A program made the position numbers and the translations under genes. A stretch of 60,068 nt of DNA, counting the filler, from Sphacelaria rigidula (lineage: Eukaryota): NCBI GenBank assembly GCA_964200075.2. It is 5 parts of 5 records of this genome, joined end to end, with 100 filler letters (N's around TTAATTAATTAA, not from the genome) between each part and the next. Parts side by side here need not be neighbours in the genome. Positions count along the whole stretch, not along the records: positions 1 to 11,934 come from CAXNAA020004320.1; 4 more parts are not named here. One strand, given 5' to 3'. Each line of letters opens with the position of its first letter. The first letter of the stretch is position 1. Shown piece by piece: positions 1-12,034 of the stretch. The notes under the pieces were generated by a model that saw only the letters and a list, made by a program, of their open reading frames with translations, had not been told where the DNA came from and ran no database searches.

Positions 1-590
1 TTATAGCGTCATCACCGAGCGACGCCAACCCCATCGGGGGTCCGCCCCTACAAAGCCGGGACGGAGCACGCCAGGTTCTCGCTGGGCCAGGCTAAAAGGA
101 AAGGGGGGGGGGTGTACCTTTGACTTTGCATGCCGTAGTCATGAGACCATTGACTTTGCATTCCTGCAAAGCCGGGACGGAGCGCGTCGGATTTTCGCCG
201 GTCCCAGGCTCGCAATCAATCGCCAAGCGCGAAGCGCCGTGGTGTGCCCGGCGAGTCGCATGAAAATTGAGCAGCATCTTGGTAAGATTGTTCGGCCCGA
301 AGCTTACTGATTGTCTTGCATGTGGATGATAGCCTCGCATGAGTTTCATCATTTTCTAGTATCGCCACCCCCAGAGACAGCCACAGGGTTACTCACTCGT
401 TGATTCATGAGTGTATACGCGCTACGATCGTCCCCTTTGCGGGGAGTTCAGCATCTCCACCCCGCACAATATGATCTAGCTCGACCGCCATCGTGGTTAC
501 CGCACAAAAACGCAAGCAAAAACCCCCGGGTAACTTGGTTGCCTAGCTTACGCAGTGAGAGGCGTATCTCACAGCGTCCTTGGCGACAAA
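1..590 (-). repeat. Two tandem copies of the SINE-like repeat
   Basis: CAAAGCCGGGACGGAGC(A/G)CG at 51 and 167; the body matches the reverse complement of 8260-8730. Confidence 0.8.
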
Positions 591-3080
591 TGCCAACCCT
601 CAAAAGGGAGAGGGGGGGAGGGGGAGGAGGCGGTTAAAGATACGTCGACAAAAACAAGGTCGAAGAGCTCGCTCCCTCGTTTTCCTTGTTCTTGTCATGC
701 CTTGAACTTCCCTGGATCGCTTCTTGAGACGAATCCGTGGTGTTGTGTCAAGGGATGACCCCAATCCCTCCCGAGGCGCATGGCATGCCTGGCAATCAAT
801 TGCGTGACATTAGATCGGCACTCTCGCAGTCAGTCTACGTTCGCTTATCGCATGTTTTCTGGGAGTGATGCGAGGACAGCCCCCGCCCCCCAAACTAACC
901 CCAAAAATGTCACGAAGAAAATTGCGATACAGCGCATGGTGGCTGGTTTCAGAGTGCACGAAGCGCCTCATACGGGTGACACTGGCGAAAACGATCCTAA
1001 GAGTGGGAGTTCCCAGGTGCTCCGTGTGCTTGCCTTTTGTCACTCTAATTTACACATAGATCCTGCCTCCTCGGATCAGTCACCCTTCTCGGGGGCTATC
1101 GCGGCATCACTTCCGATCTATCTCCATTTTTTATTTTTCTTGTGTACCATCTCTGGTTCATATAGGTAAGGGTGATCCAGAGAGGAAGGAAGCGGCATAA
1201 CTGCTGCTTTTCATGAAGTAGAAACGACGTTCGAGACAAAGGCGTCAATTCTTTTACCTCTAGACCCACATATAGCAAAGACACACTGACCGCGAGGCGG
1301 GAAAATCCCAGCGGAGTCTTTGGAACATTACCTTTTTGCAATGTCTGTGTGGGAGGGGATGACATTAAGACACGAGGAAGGAAGAATGTTTCCGTCTCTC
1401 GAAGGAAAGTTATCGTTGTTGCTCTGTGAAGATAGCACCAGTGGGGCTCGCTGCAAAGAACGACACCTCTTCTCGTCAACGGACAAAGTTTTTTTTTCTT
1501 GCGTTAAGGTCGCATCCCCGGATAAAAGGAGGGGAAACAATTCGATCTTACCCCGTACTCCCATATGCGTGTGGTTCTGACAGTTTCCGACGTATGTACG
1601 TGTGCAGAAAGTACCCCCAAACTCGCGGCACAAGCATTCTGCCTTTTTTCACGTGGTATTCTTCCAGCATCACCGCATAAATACTGGATCGGAGGAAGTG
1701 TAAGTCATACTGTGGAGGTTTATTCAAGTTGCGATATTCGTCAAAGCAGATATGATTCCATTTTGTGTACTTGGATCGAGACAGTGACCTGGGCAAACGA
1801 AAACAAGTAGGCGAAACAAGAGACTGGCAGAATAGGCGCGCGATGGGGAAACCGCCCGGAAAGTACGGAGAGGTGCTGCGACTAGGCGGCAAGCGTTGGT
1901 GACGGGGGTGGTGATCCATGCGGCAGCGGCTGCTATGTTGTCGGCCAGGGGTTTGCTCTCTATATGGAGTAGGAAGCGTTTGCGCGAGGTGAGAGCGCCG
2001 CGTTCTTGTTCATCATCATATAGGCTGTGCGATGATCGATGTTATCAGTATCTCAATTTTCTCGTTAGTGTGGAACCGTGTGGAGCCGTCACTTCGCTTC
2101 GCTTGAAGATGATCCCGAAGTTGGATTTTCCCGAAGGATCTCCAAAGCAAGATACATTTCTTCTCTTGTTGTTGAGGCAAGGATCGGGCCTGACCTGGGT
2201 CGTAGCCTGTCGAGTCGACCTGCACCGGGTACCCAAAACAGTGTGACTGCTTAGGGCTCGACAATGTCCTTTGTAATGTCGAGGTCTTTTCTACCGTCGA
2301 GACCAATTGCCTAGGGTCCTGGAATTACAGCTGTACAAGTATGAGAGTCCACGGTTAGATCTTCTCCTGTAAGGATCGCATCTCCGGTTTACTTGTCATC
2401 CAAGTATCACTCCGCACATACACGAGAGTGGCTTCCTCAGCACCCCGCCCTTCGATGGCGCGCTTCGACTCTCTCTTGGAGGGATCGAGGCGAACATTCG
2501 AGAGAATGGTGTTTCTAGGGTTCTGTATTGTGTTTTTTTTGTGATCCTACTATACTGAGTCTATTTTTGAAGGTGTTATATCTTCTATACTGGGTGCTGA
2601 GTAAACACTAACTAGAAGTTTTTTCAACGTTCCGCTACAGGTTCATGTAAAGATATGTTGGAAAACCTTGTTTTCCCTCCTTTATGCAAGGTTCCGCACG
2701 GTAACTTGGCATCGGATCAATCACCTGCATAGATTATGACCGTGTAACATGGTACATCAGTGCAAGCTCCGCTCAATGACTTGCAGTGTAGTGGAACTTG
2801 TGGTGACTACCGCGATATACGGTAAACGAGGAAGGGATGATATCAGAGACAAATAGGGATGTGTGTGCCTTACCTATCCTCGGAGTGTCTTACTATGAGT
2901 CGGAAAACCTTTTAGGGCTATCCATGTCAGCAAGACCCTCCTTTTGGTCACAAAGAGCTTGATCATTGGGCCAGATTTCTCTTCACCGCTGACGCCACGA
3001 GGCTTGTGACATTAATTCTGTCCTGATGCTAGATTTATGGTGACTGCACTTTGCGAAATGTTCTCTTGTGTTACGCGATG

Positions 3081-5600
3081 CTATATTCCAGCCCGCTTCC
3101 ATGTTCTCGTATTTTGAGAGGACAGATCAGGTGGAGGCGTGTCGTTCAACCTGTTTTTGATCCTGTACGCGTCTATAAGTTGTTGACATGGTGGAACCTC
3201 TTCCGCCCCAAACTCGAAGTCTGCTGATGGACCGTAACCTTGGAGTTGAAGACGGGTGATTCGTAGCTGAGGTGGCTTTTTCTGCCTGGGACACGCTTTG
3301 TGGCCGAACATCTTGTCAACTATGTAACGTTCGTTCTTTGGTTTCGTTACATCCGGATCGTCAACCAACGGTAGGGGCAACTTTTTCCCGAAGGAAGAAT
3401 CGGCGAGTCGATCGAAATTGGAGGCCGGTGGTCTCTCACGTGGATAGCATCGTTTCAAGCGAGTGAGATGTAGTACTGACGTCTCCTTATAATGATCGCC
3501 TAACTAGACTTTGTATACCACTGAAGATACCTCAGAACGGTTGTGTACGGGCCCCGGCATGTTGATACTAATTTTGGATTTGGGCCGTCTTCATCTTGGT
3601 GTGGCTGATGTTGTAACACTTTCTGGCTAGGTGTGATGATGGGGTATGGCTTCAGCGTATCATTTCTTGCGTTCTGCTTGTCTGCTTGTTGTTTCAAATT
3701 GCGTCTCGCGAGTTCAAACGCTAGCTGCGAGTTGTTTTTCTTTCCTTTCGTGTACTCTTCAGCATCCGCGGCGTGGCCCTCATCGGGATAATGTCAAGTG
3801 GCACGTTCAATTGACGCCCGAACATGAGATATTACGGGTCTTCTGCACCGTGATGTTGAACGATGCATTCTGCACAGAGGGTAGCGTAGTCGCCCCAGTT
3901 GTTCTGTTTGACGGAGCTATGCATTGCTAACATGGCGCGTGTATTTGAGTGTACTTGTTCTGAAACTGACTTTCGTGGAGGGCGGAACGGCGCTGTGTGC
4001 ATCTCCTCAAACTTGAGGAGCGTCTGCAAGTAATATATACCGAGCGATTCTCAAACTCTTTTGCCCTGATGAGAGTGCAGCGGTTCTGGTATGCCATGAG
4101 TTGTAAAAACACACTCGACCAGCATTTTCGCGAGTGTGAAAGATGATTCGTTCGGAACCGATAAAAAAACAGTCCGTAGCGCGTGAGATGGTCCGTCATG
4201 GGCATCACATATTTGTAGGGTACTCCAGCGGAAGAATTTGAAATCGTTTTGTATTCGACCAGATCTACTGACACTCGCTGGAACGGCCTCCCCACTGGTA
4301 TGTGACCTGTGGGTAACTTTGGACGATTATGCGCCGTTTGGCGGTGTTGACGAGTCTGGCATTGAGTACACCGTTTGTGGGCGTCTTCACGGATGGTTGA
4401 CCACCGATATGTTTGCCTGATTTCTTCGTATGTCGGTTTGAATGCTAGATGATCTCCGAACAACGGATGGTCTCTGATGCGAGTGTAACGTCAACCCGAC
4501 TAGAGCGTCTGGTAGCACTGACTGATCGCGATAGGTGCTTCTTTTTCGGAGGTCATGAAAGTATTTGTTGCGCTTGCATACGTCGGCTTGACGGTGAATT
4601 ATTCTCCGTCACTTTGCACTGGCTTCAAGTTGTCGAGGTTTCCCGCTGAAATTTGAAACGGCTGGTGCGATTTCGCTGTGTGTAACGCGGGGTCCTCGCG
4701 GGGACATTACGACAGGCTGGTGCGAGCAGGGGTTTGACTTCGCTTTTCCCGTTGCTGCTCGAAATTGAACAATCGCGACAGAATGTTCGGAATGACGTTT
4801 AGTTTCCTCGGTTTCTGCTGTACCGTGAAATCGTAAGGCTGGAGCGGTATGACCCGCCTACTCAACATGTTGCTTGTGCCCTGCATCGCATGCAGATATC
4901 TCAGTGCGGCATGATCCGTCACACGAGTAAAATATCGATCCCACGAAAAGGGGCGCCACTGTTGCATTGCTGAAACAATCACATGGCATTCCCAAAGTAT
5001 CACAGAGTAGTCTCGGTGGGATGGCTGAAACCATTGGCTGAAGCATGCTATGGTCGCAACGTCGTCGCCTTCGTTTTGGCCAACAATCGAGCCGGCACCG
5101 TCCTCTGACGCATCCACTTGTGTTCTTTCCCCCCTTCCGCTACAGGGATCATCTGGTACGCACTCTGGACATCAAAGATGGATAAATTTTGCGCCCGCCA
5201 CCGTATCTATGTGAGATTTCATGTCTGGCGTTGGCCAAGGTCTTCAAACTAGGCTTTGTTATGCGTCTACATGTAGTCAACACAAATCGAGCGCTACCGT
5301 CAGCTTTTGCTACAGTGGTCACCGCAAAACCCCACAGACTAGGTCTTTGTTCAATTATTCCATCCCTTCCCATCTCGCCCATGCGTTTGTCCATCACTTC
5401 TCGTATTCTCGGGTTAGCCCGATAAGAAGCCGGTCGACTGGTTGCGTGCCTGAGTTAATGGGGACTGTAGTTTACTCTGTTGTACAAAAAAACAGGTTTT
5501 GCGGTGATAGCGGAAGACTGTCCTGTAATTCGTACAGAGATCGAGAACTTGGTATTTTGCTCTTGTGAAAAACGTAGAATTTCGAAATACATTTTTTGAA
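3081..5600 (-). pseudogene. Decayed Ty3/Gypsy pol (RT start, RNase H, integrase, chromodomain)
   Basis: Frameshifted fragments: GIIEQRPSLWG..VAKADGSARF (RT); DAS..GAG..VTDHAALRYL..LQPYDFTV..LSRL (RNase H); HLAFKPTY..YRW..CTQCQ..PFQRVSVDL (integrase); ERYIVDKMFGHK..GYGPSAD..LIDAY (chromodomain). Most of the RT core is deleted. Confidence 0.88.
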
Positions 5601-6560
5601 AGAAAACTATTTTCAACTCCTTTCGTGTATCAATAGTATTCTTTCCATCTTATGAAACTGCACTGGCAGTTTCTCTTGGCGCGTGTGCTACAGGCGTGAT
5701 ATATCCTAAGTGTATTCGCTGCCAGTTTGACGTGTCTACTCGACGAGTTAGCCACTTGTTTTATCTCTGTCTTACTTACCGCCGACCATGCGCAGGTCGG
5801 ACGAGCCAGGAAATATGCGGTTGAAAGCTTGCGGTACGTCAGAGGATTGAATGCCTTCGTCTTTTACAACTCGTGATTCAATTACCGCTGCGGTAGTGAC
5901 AGGTGGTGGCTCATGAGACTCGACATACATGAAGTATCATTTCACTTTGCGGAGGCACACAGCATTTGTTCATGAGATAAACCAGCACCGGTTCAGCAGC
6001 TAGCTGTCTTGACTCTGACGAGAGAACAAGTATTGATACCTAGCGTCACGCTTGCTACTTGCATTGATGCCACTATTGGCGACCCTGCAGTCGATGCTCT
6101 TTTCGATGGCGGTGCTTTACCCCGATCGGGCGAGCGGTCCCGAGTTGGGCACCATCAAATGCTTGGCGCTATTAGTTCCTCCTTGTGCCTTTTGACCAAC
6201 TGACAGTTGTCGATGGAATGAGGGTATTTGAACCTACACTTTATTATACGTGCAAGACTCATCTACTCTCCCCCCTTTGCCGTTGGCTGGTTTTCAACGT
6301 GCATAAGATGCCAATTTTCTGTGTCTCGTATGTATGCATGTATGTATGTATGTATGTATGTACATGGGTGTCAGTGAGCTAGCTCCTCGTCTCTGACCTC
6401 AATGTGGTAATGTCTTCAGCCGCTGCAAATCATGCAAGTGAACTTACAGATGACCGTACACGGGAAAAAGTCGACAACTAGGGAGGACACATTACACAGT
6501 ACAGGTTTGCACACATCGTGTGACATGCGGTGCGCAAAGCATGTAACCCCCCCCCATTTA

Positions 6561-6812
6561 ACCGCAAAAAAAGCGCAAGCGCGCAACAAGAAAATCGGCA
6601 ACCTGGTTGCCTAGCTTACGCAGTCGGTGGCGTGCTTTTACAAAATGGGGTGTACTCATGATCATGCATGCCATGGTCAATGGGACCATTATTGACTATG
6701 GCATGCATGATCATGAGTACACCCCCATTTTGTAAAAATACACCACCGACTGCGTAAGCTAGGCAACCAGGTTGCCGATTTTCTTTTTGCGCGCTTACGC
6801 TTTTTTTGCGGT
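6561..6812. repeat. Long inverted repeat (~120-bp arms, 9-nt loop)
   Basis: ACCGCAAAAAAAGCG...GGTCAAT [GGGACCATT] ATTGAC...CGCTTTTTTTGCGGT, with few mismatches. Confidence 0.9.
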
Positions 6813-6985
6813 AACCATGATAGTGGTGGAGCTAGATCATATTGTGCGGGGTGAAAACACCTCATCTCCGCGCAAATGGAGTGGTCGCACTACGTGATGT
6901 TAAAATAGTGAGACACCCATGAGGCAGTGTATAATCCGTCGTTGTCTTTGGAAGTGGCAATACTAGAAAATGAAGTAACTCATTA

Positions 6986-8032
6986 GAGGAAAGTGCCATA
7001 TTAGGCCCACCTTAAGCCACCCCTGACGCCAATGGCTGGTTTGTCGGCAGTGTTTCGACTTGAACCGACATTTTGGTATCCAACGATAGCTTGGACTACT
7101 CTCCAACATCCAAAAAAGTAGAAGAAAAAAAAGAGAGATATGGAGAGGTGGTAGCGGCTCTGCGGTTATGGTCCCTCCGCGCGGAAAAGTCTGAAAATAC
7201 GACTGCTGTCCTATTAAGCACATTTTTCGCGTATTATGCGATTACCTGCGTTCTGGAACGTCTCAGAACCCAATATTTGGTGTGCACATCATGTGTGTAC
7301 TTGACATCACTCTAGAAAAAAAAAAGCACACTCATACCCAAATCCGGGGACAAAAACACACATCCCCGGGGTTTAGAACCGTCGATTTCGGGACTATTTT
7401 TCGTGTATTTTTACTTCATACGTGCCCCGTGCACGGCAGGCGACGCAAAACCAACAGTTTGATGCATTGATTGACTGCTGTGTGGATATGTGAAGGCTCG
7501 CGAACAAAAATCATGGATTTTGGTGCCGGTTCAAACATGGGCACACGGTGCTGATCTCGCCCGCGTAAAACTTAAAAGCAAAATAAAAAAAATTCTTGTC
7601 GGGTCAAAACTGGTACAGGACCGACTGCTGAACCCTCTTCACATCCGCTCTTCAGGTGGCGAGTGCTGTGTACAGCGCTAAAACAGCCTTCTCAGCCGCC
7701 GTAGGTGTCATGTGCTTGCTCTTGTCAGTGCTTCGGGCCGCTTGGGCCACGCTCAAGCCTATATTTCGTGTCACCTTTTGCTTCGTCCTTAGCAGCACAA
7801 TCGACACCAAACCAACATCAGCCTGCACGGCCAGACCCAGTGATTGTGACTGCTGTAGCTCGTGAGTGACGAGGTCGATCGGCATGCTGAAGAGCGCAAA
7901 CGAAAGCTGGAGATGTAGACTCACCGTCGCGAACGAAAAAAAGAAGAAGTTCCATGTAGTGAGCGTCATTTTGTAACCGTTTTTCCCGAAGTGTGCTTAA
8001 TATGGCACTGGGCCTAATAGGGCACTTTCCTC
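6986..8032. mobile_element. Non-autonomous Tc1/mariner-type TIR element nested in a SINE-like copy
   Basis: 24-bp TIR GAGGAAAGTGCC(A/C)TATTAGGCCCA flanked by TA on both sides. The host repeat resumes exactly after it. Confidence 0.85.
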
Positions 8033-8259
8033 TAGAGGCTGTCATCCATATGTAAGGTAATCAGTACGCTTCGGGCCGAACGATGTTAGCAGGATGCAGC
8101 TCACCAATCATGCGACTCGGCGAACACACCAAAGCACTTCGCGCTTGGTGATTGAGTGCGAGCCTGGTCCGACGAAAACCCGGCGTGTTCCGTCCCGGCT
8201 TTGTAGGGGCGGAGCCCCAATGGGGTTGGCGTGGTTGGCGATAACGCTATAAAACACAC

Positions 8260-8730
8260 CACTCACTGCGTAAGCTAGGCAATCAGGTTACCGATATTTG
8301 TTGTGCGCGCTTGCGTTCGTTTTTGCGGTAATCATGGCCGTAGTCGAACTAGATCATGTTGTGCGGCGTGGAAGAACCTCAACTCCGCACAATGGGGATG
8401 ATCGTACTACGTAGTGTTTGAATGATGAGACGCCCATGAGGCAGTGTATAAGCCGTGGCTGTCTCTGGAAGTGGCAATATCAGACAATGAAGCAACTCAT
8501 CGTTGGCTGTCATCTATACGCAAAATAGCCAGTAGGCTTCGGGCCGAAAAATCTTGGCAGGATGAAGCTCACCCTTTATGCGACTCGCCGAACACACCAC
8601 AGCGCTTCGCGCTTGGTGATTGAGTACCAGCCTCGTCCGGCGAAACCCTGCGTGCTCCGTCCCGGCTTTGTAGGGATGCGACGTCAATGGTCTGATGACT
8701 ATGGCACGCATGATCAAGAGTACACCCCCC
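8260..8730 (+). repeat. ~470-bp SINE-like dispersed repeat (fullest copy)
   Basis: Homologous copies or fragments at 1-90(-), 103-590(-), 6745-6985 plus 8034-8250, 11875-11934(-), 24069-24141, 28175-28675 and 32190-32240. Ends ...CATGATCATGAGTACACCCCC. Confidence 0.85.
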
Positions 8731-11700
8731 TCACTCCCTCTCGAAAGGGATGCCTGGTCAATGGTCAAACGACTAAGGCAAGCAACAAGCGACTACGCCC
8801 CCCCTGTTCACATTGCCCATGCCCCCCCCCCCCCCATACCCACCCGCAGGATGCAGCATGTCGAGATTCCCGTGATGTGCATCACACCTTTCATACTATT
8901 GGCGGAGACACGGATTCAGATTTGGAGGCTGCTGCTGTGCCGGCTGCGAGGGGCGGGGACTCTGTGGGAGTAGCGTGCGACACGGATGCAGATACTACCG
9001 TTGGTCGTACCGACGTCGTGTATTTTGGGGTAAGCTGGTGGTGTTGGAGTTGGCGGTGTTGTGTCCAGTGCTTCCAGTGTGCCTATGATGAGAGGAACAT
9101 GATTTCACGTGACCTGTTAATAACTCATACATGTATAAATGCACAGTACGAAGAATACTGTGTTGTATACACATTTCGTATTCCGTTGACACTGTAGAAG
9201 CAATACGCATTTTGGCTGAAACATGGGTTGGTATACCCCCCTTTGTCTTCTATTCCCAAAAAAACGAATGTTTGATTTTCGAGCCCAAGAAAATGATGTA
9301 AACACTGAACCACGACAAATTGTCGGCAACTGAAAAAATACGAGGGGAAAAAGTTCTCGCAGAGTAGACTTGTAGCCGATTGACATCCGAATGTTTTGAG
9401 GCCTTATCCCGCTCCACATCGACAAGCCGTAAGTGTTCGTAAAACAAATCGCGGGTGCAATGAAGTTTCCAATGCCTCGTGAAAACGTTCCCGGGAATAT
9501 TCGATTCGACAAATGGAAGCCCTTTTTGAAGTGTCCGGAGATTTTTTGGGGTGTAGGCGTACCCCATGACAAGAGCCGGAAATCCTGACCTCTACAGATC
9601 TTTGTACATATTGGAGAGGGGTACAGATGATTTGGGGCACATCTATCCGTAGCACCCAGGGCCGTTCTGATTGTACAGGACATGCTATGCTAGAAGCCCC
9701 TCCTTTCTTTGTGCCCCCCGCCCCAATGCTGACTGATGACAGCACAAAGAGAAGTCTAGTGTGGGATACACAGGGACAAAGTCGCCGTTTCTCTCTCTCT
9801 TCGTTTTGGCACAGCCGCTCATCCCAATCGCCGTTGGAACAAAATCATCTTTGCCTCTTCTTCTGTTCGCAAGAATTAAACAAAAAACACTCGTCTTCAA
9901 GTTAACGGCCTAAAATTGATCGCTGGTCATAGGCCCCGAATTTCGGACTCGTTCCAAAGACGACATTTCATTCGTGATCTCACGATATATATGTTTCAGT
10001 GCCGTTGATTGTTATTGTATAAAATGCGATGAATAATGAACGAAGTTCGATTTTATCTTTTTTCCCTTCTCAACATAATTTGTTTTCGATGAGCAATGCT
10101 ACGGTAGGGGTTGCACGTTTTGTTTCTGGGTCTCGTTTTTGTATGAGCCCAAATATATGGGGCTTACTGCGCAGCCCGAATCTCTGGGGGGATCGTACAA
10201 GGAGATATACACAGGGACCTTTTCGTGAATCGGCATCATTTTCAGTCTTTTTCGAGTGATAATGATGCCGATTCTCCAAAGGATCCGTGCAACGCCCCGA
10301 TGAACATTTTCGCTCAAAAAGTGCAACCCTACCGTAGCATCACTCCGATCCTTCGACCTCCAGCGTGAGTGATCCGTTAAATTAGCATCACTTTTACTCG
10401 AGGTGTGGATGTAAGACTCAGATGCCCCGCCCAGGTGGTCGAAGCGGTGAAGATATATCTCTCCCAAATACGCTCACGGGAGTGATGTCCAACAGGTTTA
10501 TCTCTTAGCACAAATTAATAATGGCGATACCCCTGTACGCGTGATAGGCGTCGCTGGAACGCAGAAAACCCCGCCCTATCGATGCGTGCCCCTCTTCCCT
10601 TACCCGGGGGTAAAATCGTCTCATCCCCTCCACAAACACACGAAAGGTTCTACCTACCGTGTTGACCGCTCTATTGTACACGAACATTGATGTCCCTGAA
10701 CACGCGGGATACGTTGAACAGCGGTTTCGCCAAATCGAGCGTCTAGCGGTTCGAGTGAAATCAAGCTCTCAGCCGTGGGATGAATCTCATGTATACTTTC
10801 ATTGGATTGGCCTCGTCGATCAGCAGAAATCTAGGACTCCAGACTTTTCAGAAATGGTCGATTAGTGCCTGGCTGGAGCAGTTTCACTGCCGAGAATACC
10901 CTCCAGGCCTTGTACGAGGCCTTATACGCTCTTTGTAGCAACTTGCTACTGAAGCCTCTGATATCCTTGGCAGGATGTCGACGTGTAGCTGCACGCTTGC
11001 GACATCGTTACAGGGAAGAGAGGCCACACAAAATGAGAAATTGATCAAGTTAGAGTGAATCATATAGCACACTCCCAATCAAATGCTAGACAGTTAATCT
11101 GGCGGAAAAAATGCTGTGCTGTTGTTAGAACGTGCACACAATCAAGATGCACGTATTCCCTCTCCACAACCCTCAGCGCGTGTCAACAGGTGTTTTTGTG
11201 CGTATTCGCCGTTCGCCGGTGGACAACAAAAAATGACCACGTGAGAGGCATGGGTAAAACGTCAGCACCCTACCCTCACAAGTTGTTCCACCTGTTCGAA
11301 CTGTCTACACCATGGACACCCGGGGATGAAAATATTCCCTTCCCTTCCCGATAGCGCTGAGGGAGTCTCAGCCGGCGTTTTAGCCTGACACATATTAATA
11401 GCAGACCAGAAGCAATACGTAATATCCTCATACATTTTTGCAACCCCTGAAAGAGGTGGGCTTCAACATCTTCAAACCACTACTAGATCTGACCATGTTC
11501 TACTGCGAGCTCTCTATCTTGCTATCATCGAGCCGTGAGGGTGGGCTGCAAGGGCCTCGCACATCAGCTCCGATGTAGCGAAATCCCCAGCCGGAGATCA
11601 GGGGCACGAACACCTCCAGGAACATTTCCCTCACGACAAGGCACGGTATACTGATCGACTAATGTCAGTAATTGGATACTGAGAAAGGCGTGTTTTTGCT

Positions 11701-11934
11701 CGTGTCCAACACTTTTCATGTCCCACTTTCTCGGCAACAGTCAACGTCGTGCGTGCAGAACGCCACCCTTAGGCGTTCAAAAATGCAGGATGAGCAGCTT
11801 GATCGTAACTCGAGGACAGTGAGTCATGACGCAGATATTTCTGCTTTCGGTGCCCCCCCTCACCAGCAGGGCGGGGGGTATACTCATGATCATGCATGCC
11901 ATAGTCATAAGACCATTGACCTCGCATCCCTACG

Positions 11935-12034
11935 NNNNNNNNNNNNNNNNNNNNNNNNNNNNNNNNNNNNNNNNNNNNTTAATTAATTAANNNNNNNNNN
12001 NNNNNNNNNNNNNNNNNNNNNNNNNNNNNNNNNN
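11935..12034. other. Artificial contig linker (also 23969-24068, 36003-36102, 48036-48135)
   Basis: 100-nt N run containing TTAATTAATTAA (stops in all six frames), recurring every ~12,034 bp. Confidence 0.97.

Noticed and set aside
8690-8730. Hammerhead ribozyme core (CTGATGA)
   Set aside because: The motif is a variant in one SINE copy only, and no matching GAAA with flanking stems was found.
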